This document shows, in pieces, positions 44,791 through 55,428 of a DNA stretch of 64,000 nt (position 1 is the first letter of the stretch; the number at the start of each line of letters is the position of its first letter). Where the stretch lies: contig DASVYU010000015.1 of the NCBI GenBank assembly GCA_036391995.1, forward strand, positions 350 through 64,349, given 5' to 3'. Source of the stretch: Patescibacteria group bacterium (lineage in GTDB: Bacteria > Patescibacteriota > Minisyncoccia > Moranbacterales > GWC2-37-73). A program made the translations under genes and the position numbers. The notes beneath the pieces are model-generated. The model had not been told where the DNA came from, did no database searches, and saw nothing but the letters and a program-made list of their open reading frames with translations.

Positions 44791-47214
44791 CTAATCAACC
44801 ACGATGTTTATCAATTTCCCTGGCACGAAAATGATCTTTTTGATTTCCTTGCCTTGGGTGAAAGCTTTGACTTTTTCGCTTTCTAGGGCGGTTTCTTTGG
44901 CTTCGTCTTCAGTCACATCAGGCGCGATCATCAAGCGCTCACGCACCTTGCCATTTACCTGCACTACCATTTCAACCTCTTCCTCTTTCATTAGCTCCGC
45001 ATCAGCCTTGGGCCACTCAGCTTTCGTCACACTTGTCTGGTGTCCGAGTTTTTCCCAAAGTTCCTCTGCGATATGAGGAGCGAATGGAGAAATCATAGCA
45101 ACCAGCGCTTCAAAATCACCAGCAGCGATCTCCTTTTCCTTTTCAAATGCATTCACCAATATCATAAGAGAGCTAATGGCCGTATTGTAACGGAAACTTT
45201 CTATGTTATCGGTAACTTTTTTTATGGTCTTGTGAATAAGAGCTTTGTTTTTTCCATTTTCAGGCAGCTGACCATCAGAAATCTTTTCCTGCAGTTTCCA
45301 TATTTTTTCCAAAAACCTTACTATTCCAACAATGCCTTGAGTGCTCCATGGCTTCATATCTTCCAGCGGTCCCATGAACATTTCATACATCCTAAGAACA
45401 TCCGCACCCACTTCAGCCACTACAGTATCAGGATTAACAACGTTACCCTTAGACTTGCTCATCTTGTTTCCATCTTCTGCCAAAATAATCCCCTGATGTC
45501 TCAATTTAGAGAACGGCTCGTCAAAATCAAGATATCCCAGATGATGCAGCGCTTTAGTAAAGAATCTGGCATACAACAAATGAAGCACTGTGTGTTCAGC
45601 CCCTCCTACATAAAGGTCGACGGGAAGCCATTTATTTATTTTCTCGCTAGCCGCAAACTCATCGGCATTTTTCGGATCCGCATAGCGGAAATAATACCAA
45701 GACGAGCACACGAATGTATCCATGGTGTCTACTTCTCTTTTGGCTTTTTTTCCACAACTAGGGCAATTTACCTCATGAAAAGTTTTTGAATTAACCAATG
45801 GAGATTCACCTGTCGGCTTGAAGTCAACATCTGTTGGCAAAACTACTGGCAAATCATTTTCAGGGACAGGAACAGCACCGCAATCCTCGCAATATATGAT
45901 CGGAATTGGTGCGCCCCAATAGCGCTGACGAGAAACAAGCCAATCGCGCAGACGATAGTTCACTTTCTTTTTCCCGACATTCTCCTTCTCCAACCAATCA
46001 GCCATTTTCTGCCGCGCCTCAGCCGAATCAAGCCCTGTATAATCAGAGGAATTTATCAACACTCCATCATCTGTAAATGCTTGCTTTGAAATATCCCCGC
46101 CGGAAACGACTTCCTTGATCGCAAGATTATATTTTTTAGCAAATGCATAATCCCTTTCATCATGAGCAGGCACAGCCATAACCGCACCAGTCCCATATCC
46201 GCCCAGCACATAATCAGCAACGAAAAGTGGGACAGCTTCTCCGGTAAACGGGTTAATGACTTCAACGCCTTCAAGTCTCACGCCTGTTTTTTCCTTCTGT
46301 AGCTCCGTACGTTCAAGCTCAGTCTTGTTCTGCGCTTCAATCAGATATTTCTCAACCTCAGCAAAATTTGAAATTTTCGATTTAAGATTCGAGATAACAG
46401 GATGCTCTGGCGCAACAACGACATATGTAATGCCAAAAGCCGTGTCTACACGAGTCGTGTATACTTCTATTGCTTCCTCGCTATCTTTGATTCTGAATCC
46501 AAACTGTGTCCCTTCACTTTTACCAATCCAGTTGCGCTGCGCTGCCTTGGTCGAATCCGGCCAATCAACTTTTTCCAATCCATTCAAAAGACCGATCGTT
46601 TCTCCTTTATTTTCAATAAAATCAGTTATCCTGAAAAACCATTGCTCCAGATCTTTTTGTATCACTTCGCTATTGCATCGTTCACACTTACCATCTATCA
46701 CCTGCTCATTCGCCAGAACCGTCTTACACGAAGGACACCAATTGACTTTTGCTTTTTTCTTGTAGGCAAATCCGTTCTTGTATAACTGCAAGAAAATCCA
46801 CTGCGTCCACTTGTAGTATCCGGGATCAGATGTGTTGATCTCACGCGACCAATCATAAGAAAAACCGAGTGAGTTTATTTGTTTAGTGAAATTTGCAATC
46901 GCTTTCTTTGTTGTTTCCGATGGATGCACTCCCGTTTTGATGGCAAAGTTCTCCGCAGGGAGACCAAAAGCATCCCAGCCTTGCGGATGCAACACATTGA
47001 ACCCTTTCATGCGGAAATAGCGTGAGATTATATCCGTAGCGGTATAACTCTCCACGTGCCCAATGTGCAGACCATCACCTGACGGATATGGGAACATATC
47101 CAAGATGTACTTCTTTTCATTAGTGCTCAAATCATCAGCTGCATATATGGATGGATCATTTTTCCATTTTTGCTGCCACTTATTTTCAATTTCCTTTGGT
47201 AAATATTTTTCCAT
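44791..47214 (-). CDS. leuS: leucine--tRNA ligase
   Basis: 807 aa. PYPSGDGLHIGHVESYTATD HIGH and KMSKS motifs. Confidence 0.95.
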   Translation of the reverse strand: MEKYLPKEIENKWQQKWKNDPSIYAADDLSTNEKKYILDMFPYPSGDGLHIGHVESYTATDIISRYFRMKGFNVLHPQGWDAFGLPAENFAIKTGVHPSETTKKAIANFTKQINSLGFSYDWSREINTSDPGYYKWTQWIFLQLYKNGFAYKKKAKVNWCPSCKTVLANEQVIDGKCERCNSEVIQKDLEQWFFRITDFIENKGETIGLLNGLEKVDWPDSTKAAQRNWIGKSEGTQFGFRIKDSEEAIEVYTTRVDTAFGITYVVVAPEHPVISNLKSKISNFAEVEKYLIEAQNKTELERTELQKEKTGVRLEGVEVINPFTGEAVPLFVADYVLGGYGTGAVMAVPAHDERDYAFAKKYNLAIKEVVSGGDISKQAFTDDGVLINSSDYTGLDSAEARQKMADWLEKENVGKKKVNYRLRDWLVSRQRYWGAPIPIIYCEDCGAVPVPENDLPVVLPTDVDFKPTGESPLVNSKTFHEVNCPSCGKKAKREVDTMDTFVCSSWYYFRYADPKNADEFAASEKINKWLPVDLYVGGAEHTVLHLLYARFFTKALHHLGYLDFDEPFSKLRHQGIILAEDGNKMSKSKGNVVNPDTVVAEVGADVLRMYEMFMGPLEDMKPWSTQGIVGIVRFLEKIWKLQEKISDGQLPENGKNKALIHKTIKKVTDNIESFRYNTAISSLMILVNAFEKEKEIAAGDFEALVAMISPFAPHIAEELWEKLGHQTSVTKAEWPKADAELMKEEEVEMVVQVNGKVRERLMIAPDVTEDEAKETALESEKVKAFTQGKEIKKIIFVPGKLINIVVD

Positions 47215-47462
47215 AAAACATTAGGTTATGTTTCTAAAAAATTTTTGCTTTTTTCACGAAACTGATTTTCTCTTGAGGCCATAATGAACGACAGTTCATT
47301 CCGAGCGAGCAATCACGACCCTTTGATTGCGAGCGCGCCGAAAGAGAAAACAGTTGAGATGAAAAAAATAAAAATATATACGAACACCTATAACAATAAC
47401 AAAAAACAACTATTTCAACTTAGTTGTTCTCATCGTAGCACTTATTCATTGAATAATCAACT

Positions 47463-48281
47463 CTATTTTTCCTTTTGTTGAGCCTCAAAAGCGAGGTAGA
47501 CATTCTCCAAAAGACAGGCGATCGTGACCGGACCCACACCGCCAGGGACAGGAGTCAAAAAGCCTGATTTTCCTTCTGTTGAAGCAAAATCCACATCTCC
47601 CAGCACGTGCTGCCCGACTTTCTCAATGCCTCCATCAATCACAATAGCGCCCTCTTTGAACATTTCACCCCTCAAAAGCCCTGGTGAGCCCACAGCGCTT
47701 ACCACGACATCCGCCTCCTTTATCTTCCCCAAATTGGAAGCTAAATCTGCCACCAAGATGTATTCTGGGGCTATATTTTCACCCGCAAGCATTTGGCACA
47801 TTGTTTTTCCAAATTCATCGGAATTGGCCACTACCACGGCTTTTTTACCAGTCAGATACCGCTCGGCACTCTTGATCATTTTCAAAATAGCTCGTGGAAA
47901 CACCGGCTCCAAATATCCGACCATGCCAAGAAATCCGTCTGCATCTTTTTGAGGATCGATGGCGGAAATTATTTTTTCCGCGTCCAAGCCTTGAGGCAAA
48001 GGCAGCTGCACGATCATACCATGAATATTGCCATCAACATTCAGTCTTGCAATCAGATCCAGAAGTTCTTCTTCTGAAACATCCTCGGCCAGTTCATATA
48101 ATGAAAATTTCATGCCTATCTCCTCCGCGCGCTTGCCTTTAAGAGACACGTATATCTGCGAAGCTTTGTCGGCTCCAACCAAAACCACAGCCAAGCCCGG
48201 TTTTTCTTCATGCAAAAAAATATCGCCCTTCAAGCGACCCAAAATATCGTCCGCGATAGGTTTTCCATAAAGTAAGTTCAT
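47463..48281 (-). CDS. folD: bifunctional methylenetetrahydrofolate dehydrogenase/cyclohydrolase
   Basis: MNLLYGKPIADDIL ... VVLVGADKASQIYV. Start set at the ATG 12 codons inside the ORF-track start. Confidence 0.85.
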   Translation of the reverse strand: MNLLYGKPIADDILGRLKGDIFLHEEKPGLAVVLVGADKASQIYVSLKGKRAEEIGMKFSLYELAEDVSEEELLDLIARLNVDGNIHGMIVQLPLPQGLDAEKIISAIDPQKDADGFLGMVGYLEPVFPRAILKMIKSAERYLTGKKAVVVANSDEFGKTMCQMLAGENIAPEYILVADLASNLGKIKEADVVVSAVGSPGLLRGEMFKEGAIVIDGGIEKVGQHVLGDVDFASTEGKSGFLTPVPGGVGPVTIACLLENVYLAFEAQQKEK

Positions 48282-48366
48282 GCAGACATTAAAGCATATA
48301 AACATGCAAACATGCAAACATCGCTTTTACTTCAACAAACCTTCAAATTGTTTTTTTAGGAAAATC

Positions 48367-48678
48367 TTAGGCGAATTTTTTCTCAAGCTTTTCAACCCGA
48401 TATTTAAGAGTGTTATGTTCTGTTTTATCAACTTTCTTGTTGAGCTCAGCTTCAATATTTTCAACAGTTGATTTTATCCCCTTAACATCTGTTTCCAAAG
48501 TTTCCATTCTGGATTCAAGTCCTCCAATCTTGGATTCAAGTCCTCCAATCCGAGATTCAAGTCCTACGATCTTGGATTCAACCCCTCCAATCCTGTTGCC
48601 CATATCCAAAAAACCTTCTTGTACAATCCTGGCAAGATCATCCATTCCTATTTCTTTTTTTGTTTTCTTTTCACTCAT
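48367..48678 (-). CDS. hypothetical small protein with tandem 7-residue repeats (GLESKIG)n
   Basis: 103 aa. IGGVESKIVGLESRIGGLESKIGGLESRMETLE is encoded by five or more 21-bp DNA repeats (ttggattcaagtcctccaatc). Confidence 0.5.
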   Translation of the reverse strand: MSEKKTKKEIGMDDLARIVQEGFLDMGNRIGGVESKIVGLESRIGGLESKIGGLESRMETLETDVKGIKSTVENIEAELNKKVDKTEHNTLKYRVEKLEKKFA

Positions 48679-48720
48679 AATAAAATTGTAGTACCAGCCA
48701 ACACAAACGTCAACAATAGA

Positions 48721-49968
48721 CTACTTATAGCGCAAAGCGTCCAATGGGTCAATTTTGCTAGCGCGACGTGCTGGCACAAAGCCTGTGAAGAAACCAACTA
48801 CAGCGGAGAATCCTATGATAGCCAAAACGAACCACATAGGGCTATAGAACAAGCTGACTTTTTGTCCACCAAAGCGAGTGGCCACGATATTGATCAAAGT
48901 GTTGAAGCCCACCCCTCCCAACCATCCGATCGCAACTCCCGACAAACCTCCAAGGAAACCCATGATTGCGGATTCCATGAAGAACATGACAGAAATAACC
49001 CTGTCTGATGCTCCGATTGATTTCATAATCCCGATTTCTTCCGTCCTTTCCAAAAGGGTGATGGTCATGGTATTGAACATACCAATAGCAGAAACCACCA
49101 AGGCGATGAAGCCGAAGATCATCAGAATGATCTGTATCCAAGTGAATATCTGATTGGCCTGATCAACAGTTTCAGAAAGCGAAGAAACCAGCAACCCATA
49201 ACCGAGGATCGTGTCGCGAATCATTGCCATTTGGGTATTGGAATGCGTCTTAACTTTCAATTGGCCATACCTGTCTATATTCAACTCCCCGAGAGATGCC
49301 GAATTTATATAAACGATATTATCCTCCCCATCCACAACTCCAACGACGGTATATTTTTTGTCACTATCGACGCGATTGAAATCGCTTTGAGAAGTCGAAT
49401 CGGATTGTGAAGTCGAGCTGTCTGCTTGCTTATCACCAGCAGATGCTTCGATATTTTTAGGAATGAAGAATGAGAAAGTCATTTCCTTGCCCATCATCTC
49501 ATCAGCGCTTTTGCCAAAAACCTGAGCTACAGCGCTGCTTATTATGATTCCTTCTGGATTATTATCATCCAACAAACCACCTTTCGTAGGCTTGAATCCA
49601 CCGAGTTTCAAAAATGAAGGCTTGGTGCCGATTGTCACGAGATCAGCGGAAAGATCATCCAGATGTCCCTGGGTTGTTATTTGGAAAGCAGGACTCACTT
49701 CATCAACCCCAGACAAAGCCTTGATCTTATCTATCATTTCATTATCCAAACTGACAACACCAGATTTGGCTTCAGACACATCAAGCGTCAGCAAAGAATC
49801 AGAAGTAGTTATCCTTTCCAACAGTGTTTTTTGCAAACCATAACCCAAAGAAACAAGAAAAAGGATCGCCCCGATACCTATGCTCATACCTAAAATGGTC
49901 AAGAGCGTCCTGGACGTCCTGGCCTTGAACATGCGCGTGGATAATTTGAATAGATCTGCAAATTTCAT
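48721..49968 (-). CDS. ABC transporter permease, FtsX/MacB-like
   Basis: 415 aa. N-terminal TM, large periplasmic loop, and three C-terminal TMs (FtsX domain). Confidence 0.8.
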   Translation of the reverse strand: MKFADLFKLSTRMFKARTSRTLLTILGMSIGIGAILFLVSLGYGLQKTLLERITTSDSLLTLDVSEAKSGVVSLDNEMIDKIKALSGVDEVSPAFQITTQGHLDDLSADLVTIGTKPSFLKLGGFKPTKGGLLDDNNPEGIIISSAVAQVFGKSADEMMGKEMTFSFFIPKNIEASAGDKQADSSTSQSDSTSQSDFNRVDSDKKYTVVGVVDGEDNIVYINSASLGELNIDRYGQLKVKTHSNTQMAMIRDTILGYGLLVSSLSETVDQANQIFTWIQIILMIFGFIALVVSAIGMFNTMTITLLERTEEIGIMKSIGASDRVISVMFFMESAIMGFLGGLSGVAIGWLGGVGFNTLINIVATRFGGQKVSLFYSPMWFVLAIIGFSAVVGFFTGFVPARRASKIDPLDALRYK

Positions 49969-51279
49969 TTACGCGGAATATTTTAATAGCATAATTAGCT
50001 CCACCTCACGTACGACTTTTTCTGCTGTGCCTTTATAAAGACCAGCACCACCTAGCGACTTCGGCGCATCAAGCCTTTGTTGCAGTCCAAATCTGTCTAT
50101 CTTGTTTTCTGTTCGCAATTTTATGAATGAGCGGAACCTGAGCATAACATCATCATCCAATTTCAAATGGCAGGTTTCAATCAGATAATCGCAAAAAGGA
50201 ACAAGGCTGTCATCACCACTTTCATTGAGTTTCTGCACATTTTCCAGAATGGTTTTCACGCGCTGAGTGAAGTGCATGGCTCGGAGCCTATTCCAACCAG
50301 CACCACCTTTTTCCAGATCAAGATCCAGTTTCTCAAAAAGTCCCGCTCCATCGATATTACTGAATAAGAATTCTTTTATGATATTTTCCGCAGATGTGAT
50401 TTGCTCTTCAGTCAGCTCAGAAGTGATATGGGAAAGAAGCTGCTTAGCCTTGAAAGGAATCAGCAACACTCCCACTTGCTGCAAAGAAAGATTCTTGAAA
50501 GTACGCATAAGGAGCTTAAGTTCTCCTGATATTTCATCGGGAGTCGAAGTAATATCCCTAATGACAGCTTCCTTGGGTCGCTTCTCTTGGTTAATTTCCT
50601 CGCTGACTTTTTTCCCGTCTTTCATGTGGATGATGCGATCAGCGTACACCAAGTGTTCGGGATTGTGGGTAACCATAATGAGCGTCTTTTTGTCCTGCTC
50701 GTTGATTTCCTTGAAAATGTCGAGCACGTTTTGGGCCGATTCGGAGTCCAAGTTTCCCACTGGTTCGTCAGCCAATATGATGTCCGGATTATTCACCAAA
50801 GCTCGCGCGATCGAAACACGTTGCTTCTGTCCTCCGGACAGCTGCGCCGGAAATCGGTGTGCCTGCTCAGCAATACCGAAGCGTCGCAGCAGCTCCATGG
50901 CTTTTTCTCTGCGCTCCTTTAGATTCTCCCCGCGAAAAACTTTCGGCAAACAGACATTATCCAACACGGTCAATGTTTCAATCAAATAGAAAGCCTGAAA
51001 AACCATGCCTATCTTGGTCTGGTGAAATTCCACTTTCTCGCGCTTGCTCATCTGCGCCAGATTCTTACCTTCCACAACTACATCCCCAAACGTCGGCGCC
51101 TGCAAACCTGAAATGCCGTATAGCAAAGTCGACTTTCCGCAACCGGAAGGACCGAAGATAATGATATATTCTTCAGGATATATTTCCACACTGACACCAT
51201 CCAAGGAACGCACTTCATTGGATTTGCCTTTGTTGTAGATAACCCTGAGCTGATCTACTTTTATGCACGGATCTGACAT
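49969..51279 (-). CDS. ABC transporter ATP-binding protein (MacB/LolD-like) with about 200-aa C-terminal extension
   Basis: 436 aa. Walker A GPSGCGKST, signature LSGGQKQRV, Walker B ILADEP. Confidence 0.85.
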   Translation of the reverse strand: MSDPCIKVDQLRVIYNKGKSNEVRSLDGVSVEIYPEEYIIIFGPSGCGKSTLLYGISGLQAPTFGDVVVEGKNLAQMSKREKVEFHQTKIGMVFQAFYLIETLTVLDNVCLPKVFRGENLKERREKAMELLRRFGIAEQAHRFPAQLSGGQKQRVSIARALVNNPDIILADEPVGNLDSESAQNVLDIFKEINEQDKKTLIMVTHNPEHLVYADRIIHMKDGKKVSEEINQEKRPKEAVIRDITSTPDEISGELKLLMRTFKNLSLQQVGVLLIPFKAKQLLSHITSELTEEQITSAENIIKEFLFSNIDGAGLFEKLDLDLEKGGAGWNRLRAMHFTQRVKTILENVQKLNESGDDSLVPFCDYLIETCHLKLDDDVMLRFRSFIKLRTENKIDRFGLQQRLDAPKSLGGAGLYKGTAEKVVREVELIMLLKYSA

Positions 51280-51407
51280 TTTTTTGTTTCTTTTTGTATC
51301 TGGAAACCCAAAAATATTCCTCTGAACGTTTTCGAGAAACTAACGATCTACCCACAGCCTTACATAGTTTAGATTATAACACAAAATAAAAAAGATCGAC
51401 AGGACTT

Positions 51408-52652
<1,245 letters not shown>

Positions 52653-52674
52653 TTATTTGTAAACAAATGCCATG

Positions 52675-54624
52675 CTACTGTGAAACTTTTCCGCCGCCAT
52701 AGCCCACACTCGAATCTTCATATAGCTGAGTGTTTTTCGCTCCAGCCTGCAGCGACAGGTCCTTGCCAGTGAAAGTGTCAGTAGCTGTAAAATTCGATTG
52801 ATTGACAAGTGAAACCGGTCCGCCGACCTGATTGGTCTGCGGAGTCACTCCGACCTGGAAATCCATTTCCTTGACTGGCGAAAGCACTCCTGCTCCAGCG
52901 GAAACATTGCCAACATTCCATGTGATTTGATTGGTCCTACTGTTGTAGTTTACTTTGGCATCACTCGGATAAATGGAACCTGTCCACCTTACGCCCGAAG
53001 GTAAAGAAGAAGTTATTGTCGCATTGGCAATATCATTGGAAATATTGGTAATGGAAAAATGCATAGTGAAAGTCGTTTCTTTTCCTACCTGGATCGGAAT
53101 CGGACCAGTGTTCTTTATCTGCTGGTCGTTGTAATATCCCTTGACATCGAATAAGACTTTTGAGGCCAGCTTAAGATCAAGTTGGTTGCTGCCGATTATC
53201 TTATTGGAATCGATAGGAGTTGGAATGTCAGGACTGTCTATCTTGGCGATAGATGAGACTATGAAATTCTTATCACTGGAATTATTGACTGGAATGATGG
53301 ATTTGACCGGAATCTGAAAATGGACTTCTCCGCCAGCGCCAGGATTAATATTGGCCAGACTCGGAACATCGGAGGCTTTCCAAGTGATCGTGTTGCTAGC
53401 GCCATCAAAAGCTCCTTTTTCTATGTTTATTTTAGAAAAATCCAACACTTTGCCGTTTATCTGTTCCGTTATGATCGCATCGCGAAGTCCCGTTGAACTT
53501 GTATTTTTATATGAAATCGTATATTTCAACACATCCCCAGCCTGCACTACGCCATCAGTATTACTATCCAGTTTCTGCACGACAGCCAAAGAAGGTGAGA
53601 CCATGCTCGTTGCACTGTCATTCTTATTGTAGACAGCCAGCTGTCCATTGCTGCCGACATGACCCAATGACACACTGATGTTTTTGCTTTCGCCAGTTCC
53701 ACCGTGCATCTGCCCTTGAACGCGGATCTGTCCGCCTTGTCCTGCCTCCAAATTGCCCAACAGCCAATTAGTATCCTGTGATGCAGCAGGCTGAGCACCG
53801 ATTATTTTAAAACCTGAAGGAAAATCAACATGTATCTGGATCGCACTCAATCTGCGCGTATCCAGATTCTTATAGTCGATCACGTATTCCACCTTGTCCC
53901 CATCAACCGCCTGCTTGGGAGCAGTCACTTCAAGGAGCACGGGCGAGGTAGTAATGTTCACTCCCAATTGTCCCTCCATAGAAAGCTGCTCGCTGCCATT
54001 AGACGGAGTGAAAAGCAAAGTGGCGCGCAGATACACAGGCGAATCCTTGGGAGCATAGAAAATTCCCTTGAGTTCAACTTGCCCTTCACTGCTCGGCGCG
54101 ATGTCAGGGATGAATATTTTGCCAGTCGAAGGACTCAGGGATTTGAGATTCAAATTATCGATCGGTTGGAAATTTTCAGAATAACTCAGATCTATCTCGG
54201 GATTTTTCAGCGTCACTCTGTTGTCATTCTTGTAATGGATGATGTATTGCATTTGCTGCGTACTATCAGCCTCCTTGGGACCTTCGAAATATATGGAGAC
54301 GCGATCCTGGTGGAAAGCATTCTTTGCCCACCATCTGTAAAAGATGGTTCCGCCGACAGCCAACACAATGATAGATAAAATGGACAAGCCGATCCATAAT
54401 TTCTTCTTCTGTTTTGGCGTCAATCCTTTCTGCGCCCTGTCCCACTCCTTGTTCTCATCAAATGGACTGGTTTGCCCAGCAGCCACAAAAGGATCATATT
54501 GGCTCTGCTCATGCGTATGCTGCGCAAGAGATTGGGAATCCTGATTATACAATTCCCTATTCAAATCATTAAGAGGCATGGCTTTTTTTATTTCTATTTT
54601 AATCTTTGTCTTATTATACCACAA
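52675..54624 (-). CDS. hypothetical large membrane-anchored surface protein
   Basis: 649 aa. Cytoplasmic N-tail, one TM (LWIGLSILSIIVLAVGGTIFY), then about 550 aa of beta-rich T/S/N/G-rich extracellular sequence. Confidence 0.55.
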   Translation of the reverse strand: MWYNKTKIKIEIKKAMPLNDLNRELYNQDSQSLAQHTHEQSQYDPFVAAGQTSPFDENKEWDRAQKGLTPKQKKKLWIGLSILSIIVLAVGGTIFYRWWAKNAFHQDRVSIYFEGPKEADSTQQMQYIIHYKNDNRVTLKNPEIDLSYSENFQPIDNLNLKSLSPSTGKIFIPDIAPSSEGQVELKGIFYAPKDSPVYLRATLLFTPSNGSEQLSMEGQLGVNITTSPVLLEVTAPKQAVDGDKVEYVIDYKNLDTRRLSAIQIHVDFPSGFKIIGAQPAASQDTNWLLGNLEAGQGGQIRVQGQMHGGTGESKNISVSLGHVGSNGQLAVYNKNDSATSMVSPSLAVVQKLDSNTDGVVQAGDVLKYTISYKNTSSTGLRDAIITEQINGKVLDFSKINIEKGAFDGASNTITWKASDVPSLANINPGAGGEVHFQIPVKSIIPVNNSSDKNFIVSSIAKIDSPDIPTPIDSNKIIGSNQLDLKLASKVLFDVKGYYNDQQIKNTGPIPIQVGKETTFTMHFSITNISNDIANATITSSLPSGVRWTGSIYPSDAKVNYNSRTNQITWNVGNVSAGAGVLSPVKEMDFQVGVTPQTNQVGGPVSLVNQSNFTATDTFTGKDLSLQAGAKNTQLYEDSSVGYGGGKVSQ

Positions 54625-54627
54625 ATT

Positions 54628-55383
54628 CTACAGATTCCAGCGCAAGAATTCATCCAGCATAAGTCGAGCGCTATCATGATCAGCTTGCGAGGCTTTTATT
54701 TTGGAAAGAGAGCGCATTTCATTGCCCAAAAACAGGCGCAGCATCTTCACAGCATCAGGGCGGACAGAAATTGTGCCTTGAGAGCTTTGCTTGCAGTTTT
54801 CACATAGCACGCCGCCATGACGGGCGCTAAAATAAATGCTTTCTTTGGATAGGCCAGCGCCACAAATTACACAAGAAGACACCTCAATGGTGTAGCCGAG
54901 CGCATTCAGCAATTTCATAATGAAACCTAGACGCAAAATTTCATATTTTTCAATATCAAAACTGATGACGCTTGCATTTATGGTTTCCAGAAAACTCTTG
55001 AGCAAATTGAAAGTGTTCTCATCCGGGTGCTCGAAATCCACAAGCTTGTCGAATGTTTTCAAAGCATCGAATGTCTTGAGAAGCGCATCACAATCGCTTT
55101 TAAGAAAAGTGAAATTATCTTCCACGATCGAACCGGTTATTTTTCCCAAACCCTTGGTGCGCATAAGAGTGACATCAGCCAAGGTGATGTTTTCCAAGGA
55201 AGCTGCCAGCTTAGCATGCGGCTTGCGCACGCCTTTGGCTAAGGATTTAATCTTGCCGCCCTCCTGAGTGTAGAGCGTATAGATACGGTCGGTCTCGCCC
55301 ACATCGCGCTTATTTAAGATAATACCGGTATATTTATATTCCATATTGCCATTATACAAGCTAAACCCGAACAAAAAAAGCAA
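54628..55383 (-). CDS. recO: DNA repair protein RecO
   Basis: The OB N-domain and the zinc-finger C..C...C..C (CVICGAG...CENC) are both present. The likely ATG start is MEYKYTG, 13 codons in. Confidence 0.8.
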   Translation of the reverse strand: MLFLFGFSLYNGNMEYKYTGIILNKRDVGETDRIYTLYTQEGGKIKSLAKGVRKPHAKLAASLENITLADVTLMRTKGLGKITGSIVEDNFTFLKSDCDALLKTFDALKTFDKLVDFEHPDENTFNLLKSFLETINASVISFDIEKYEILRLGFIMKLLNALGYTIEVSSCVICGAGLSKESIYFSARHGGVLCENCKQSSQGTISVRPDAVKMLRLFLGNEMRSLSKIKASQADHDSARLMLDEFLRWNL

Positions 55384-55428
55384 AGACGTCCTATATGGAG
55401 CGTCTTTGCTAAAAGATCTCTATTCCTA

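Noticed and set aside
47215-47462. leuS leader checked for a T-box
   Set aside because: No UGGNACC or T-box sequence is present. There are only the folD terminator and a small hairpin.
48282-48320. acatgcaa short repeats at the folD start
   Set aside because: They are too short and few to interpret.
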